Origin: Octopus sinensis
Taxonomy: Eukaryota
DNA length: 21,478 bases
Direction: 5' to 3'
Assembly (NCBI RefSeq): GCF_006345805.1
Contig: NW_021823710.1
Span: 1 to 21,478 of the forward strand
Both the position numbers and the translations under genes were made by a program. A model generated the notes under the pieces. It made no database searches and had not been told where the DNA came from. It saw nothing but the letters and a program-made list of their open reading frames with translations. Below are positions 20,450 through 21,478 of this stretch, piece after piece (the stretch's first letter is position 1; each line of letters begins with the position of its first letter).

Positions 20450-21478
20450 CTGCAGATTTCTCTATGTGGCACCATAGCCATTTTAGATGAACGAAAATTA
20501 TCTCACCTCGATTCATCTATATTTACCTACATTTTAGCCAACACTATGTATCTAAGAGTCCCAACTTCGTGATATTAAAATACCTAATATATTAAATCGA
20601 TATATATATATATATATTCAGTAGAATTCCATTCACCTCCAAATGCTGCCTTTCGAAAAATTTGGTGAATGGAGACAACCTCATAAAGAACCCTGCTTCT
20701 CCTTCACATAAACAAGATAAGGAACCGCAATCTCGAAGCAGACAGACACTTATGTATGTTAATATACTAATGCAGTTCTATCTCTTAAACATTCATTTGG
20801 AATCCGGCATTTAGGTTCGGGTTATATCTTCGGTGCAGCAGATGAGAAATAAATCTTATTTTATCGGAGATAATATTGCGAGAAACTATAAGAGTTTGTG
20901 CCCATTGAGTAGGATCACTGAATATAAATACAATGTTACTAATGTAATTAACTTCTTGAGTAACTGAGCTGGTAATACAATATCTTATCCGTTCTTTATT
21001 TCGAAACATTTCACCTTTCGCTAGCATCGAACGATATTAGGAAGTTCGGGTTGTGTGGAAGCTGGCTGTTACTTACCTTAGATTTATGGAACGGCTTGAA
21101 CGAAACCCATTGGAGCAATGAAGGAGAACGAACTATCTTATGACACCAGCCAAGTCTATTTACCCTTGATATTTACTGCTTCAAGAACTCTAGCAGCGAA
21201 TACTAATTGTCTTATTATGGACACAATGAGCTGTCAAGGTTTCAATTGCTAATCCGACATAATATAAACAAAAACAGCCTCTACATGGCTTTACAAGAGC
21301 GACAACACTAATGTGTGGATTACAATTTAAGGTTTAATGTTACAGCGTTGTAAGACATTGAAAGTAGTTAATGGATAAGCTACTTGCTGCGTTTGAATAA
21401 CTTAGAATCTAAGAAGTGTGTTCGTTCAGAAAACTTATGTATACATTGTTGCAGTTGCGGTGATAGTTGCGGTAAATA

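Noticed and set aside
20628-20673. Small hairpin (tccattcacc…ggtgaatgga)
   Set aside because: A stem of about 14 bp with a bulge is too short for a pre-miRNA and within chance expectation.

Overview
AT-rich eukaryotic non-coding DNA made mostly of microsatellites and interspersed repeats. The repeat families resemble those I recall from Octopus (coleoid cephalopod) genomes; this is inference from memory, not a database result. No complete, recognisable protein-coding gene is present, and nearly all ORFs in the track are translations of simple repeats or SINEs. Well-supported content: (i) three tRNA-derived SINE families (labelled A, B, C here) in many copies of different ages, two with 12-bp target-site duplications (TSDs); (ii) a 5'-truncated CR1-type LINE with an open ORF2 C-terminus, an (AACT)n tail and a 7-bp TSD, inserted in a 125-bp tandem satellite with an alternating dimeric structure; (iii) several fold-back structures: a ~245-bp inverted repeat (12615-13526), two MITE-like palindromes (2307-2446, 14798-15040) and inverted SINE pairs; (iv) a degenerate type-I hammerhead-like motif in a putative Penelope-like remnant. 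A few short splice-flanked open segments may be exons of a host gene, but they do not assemble into one confident model. I did not find convincing evidence of a new biological system. The most testable leads are the dense dsRNA-forming architecture, the hammerhead-like motif and a hypothetical 76-aa Cys-rich peptide.
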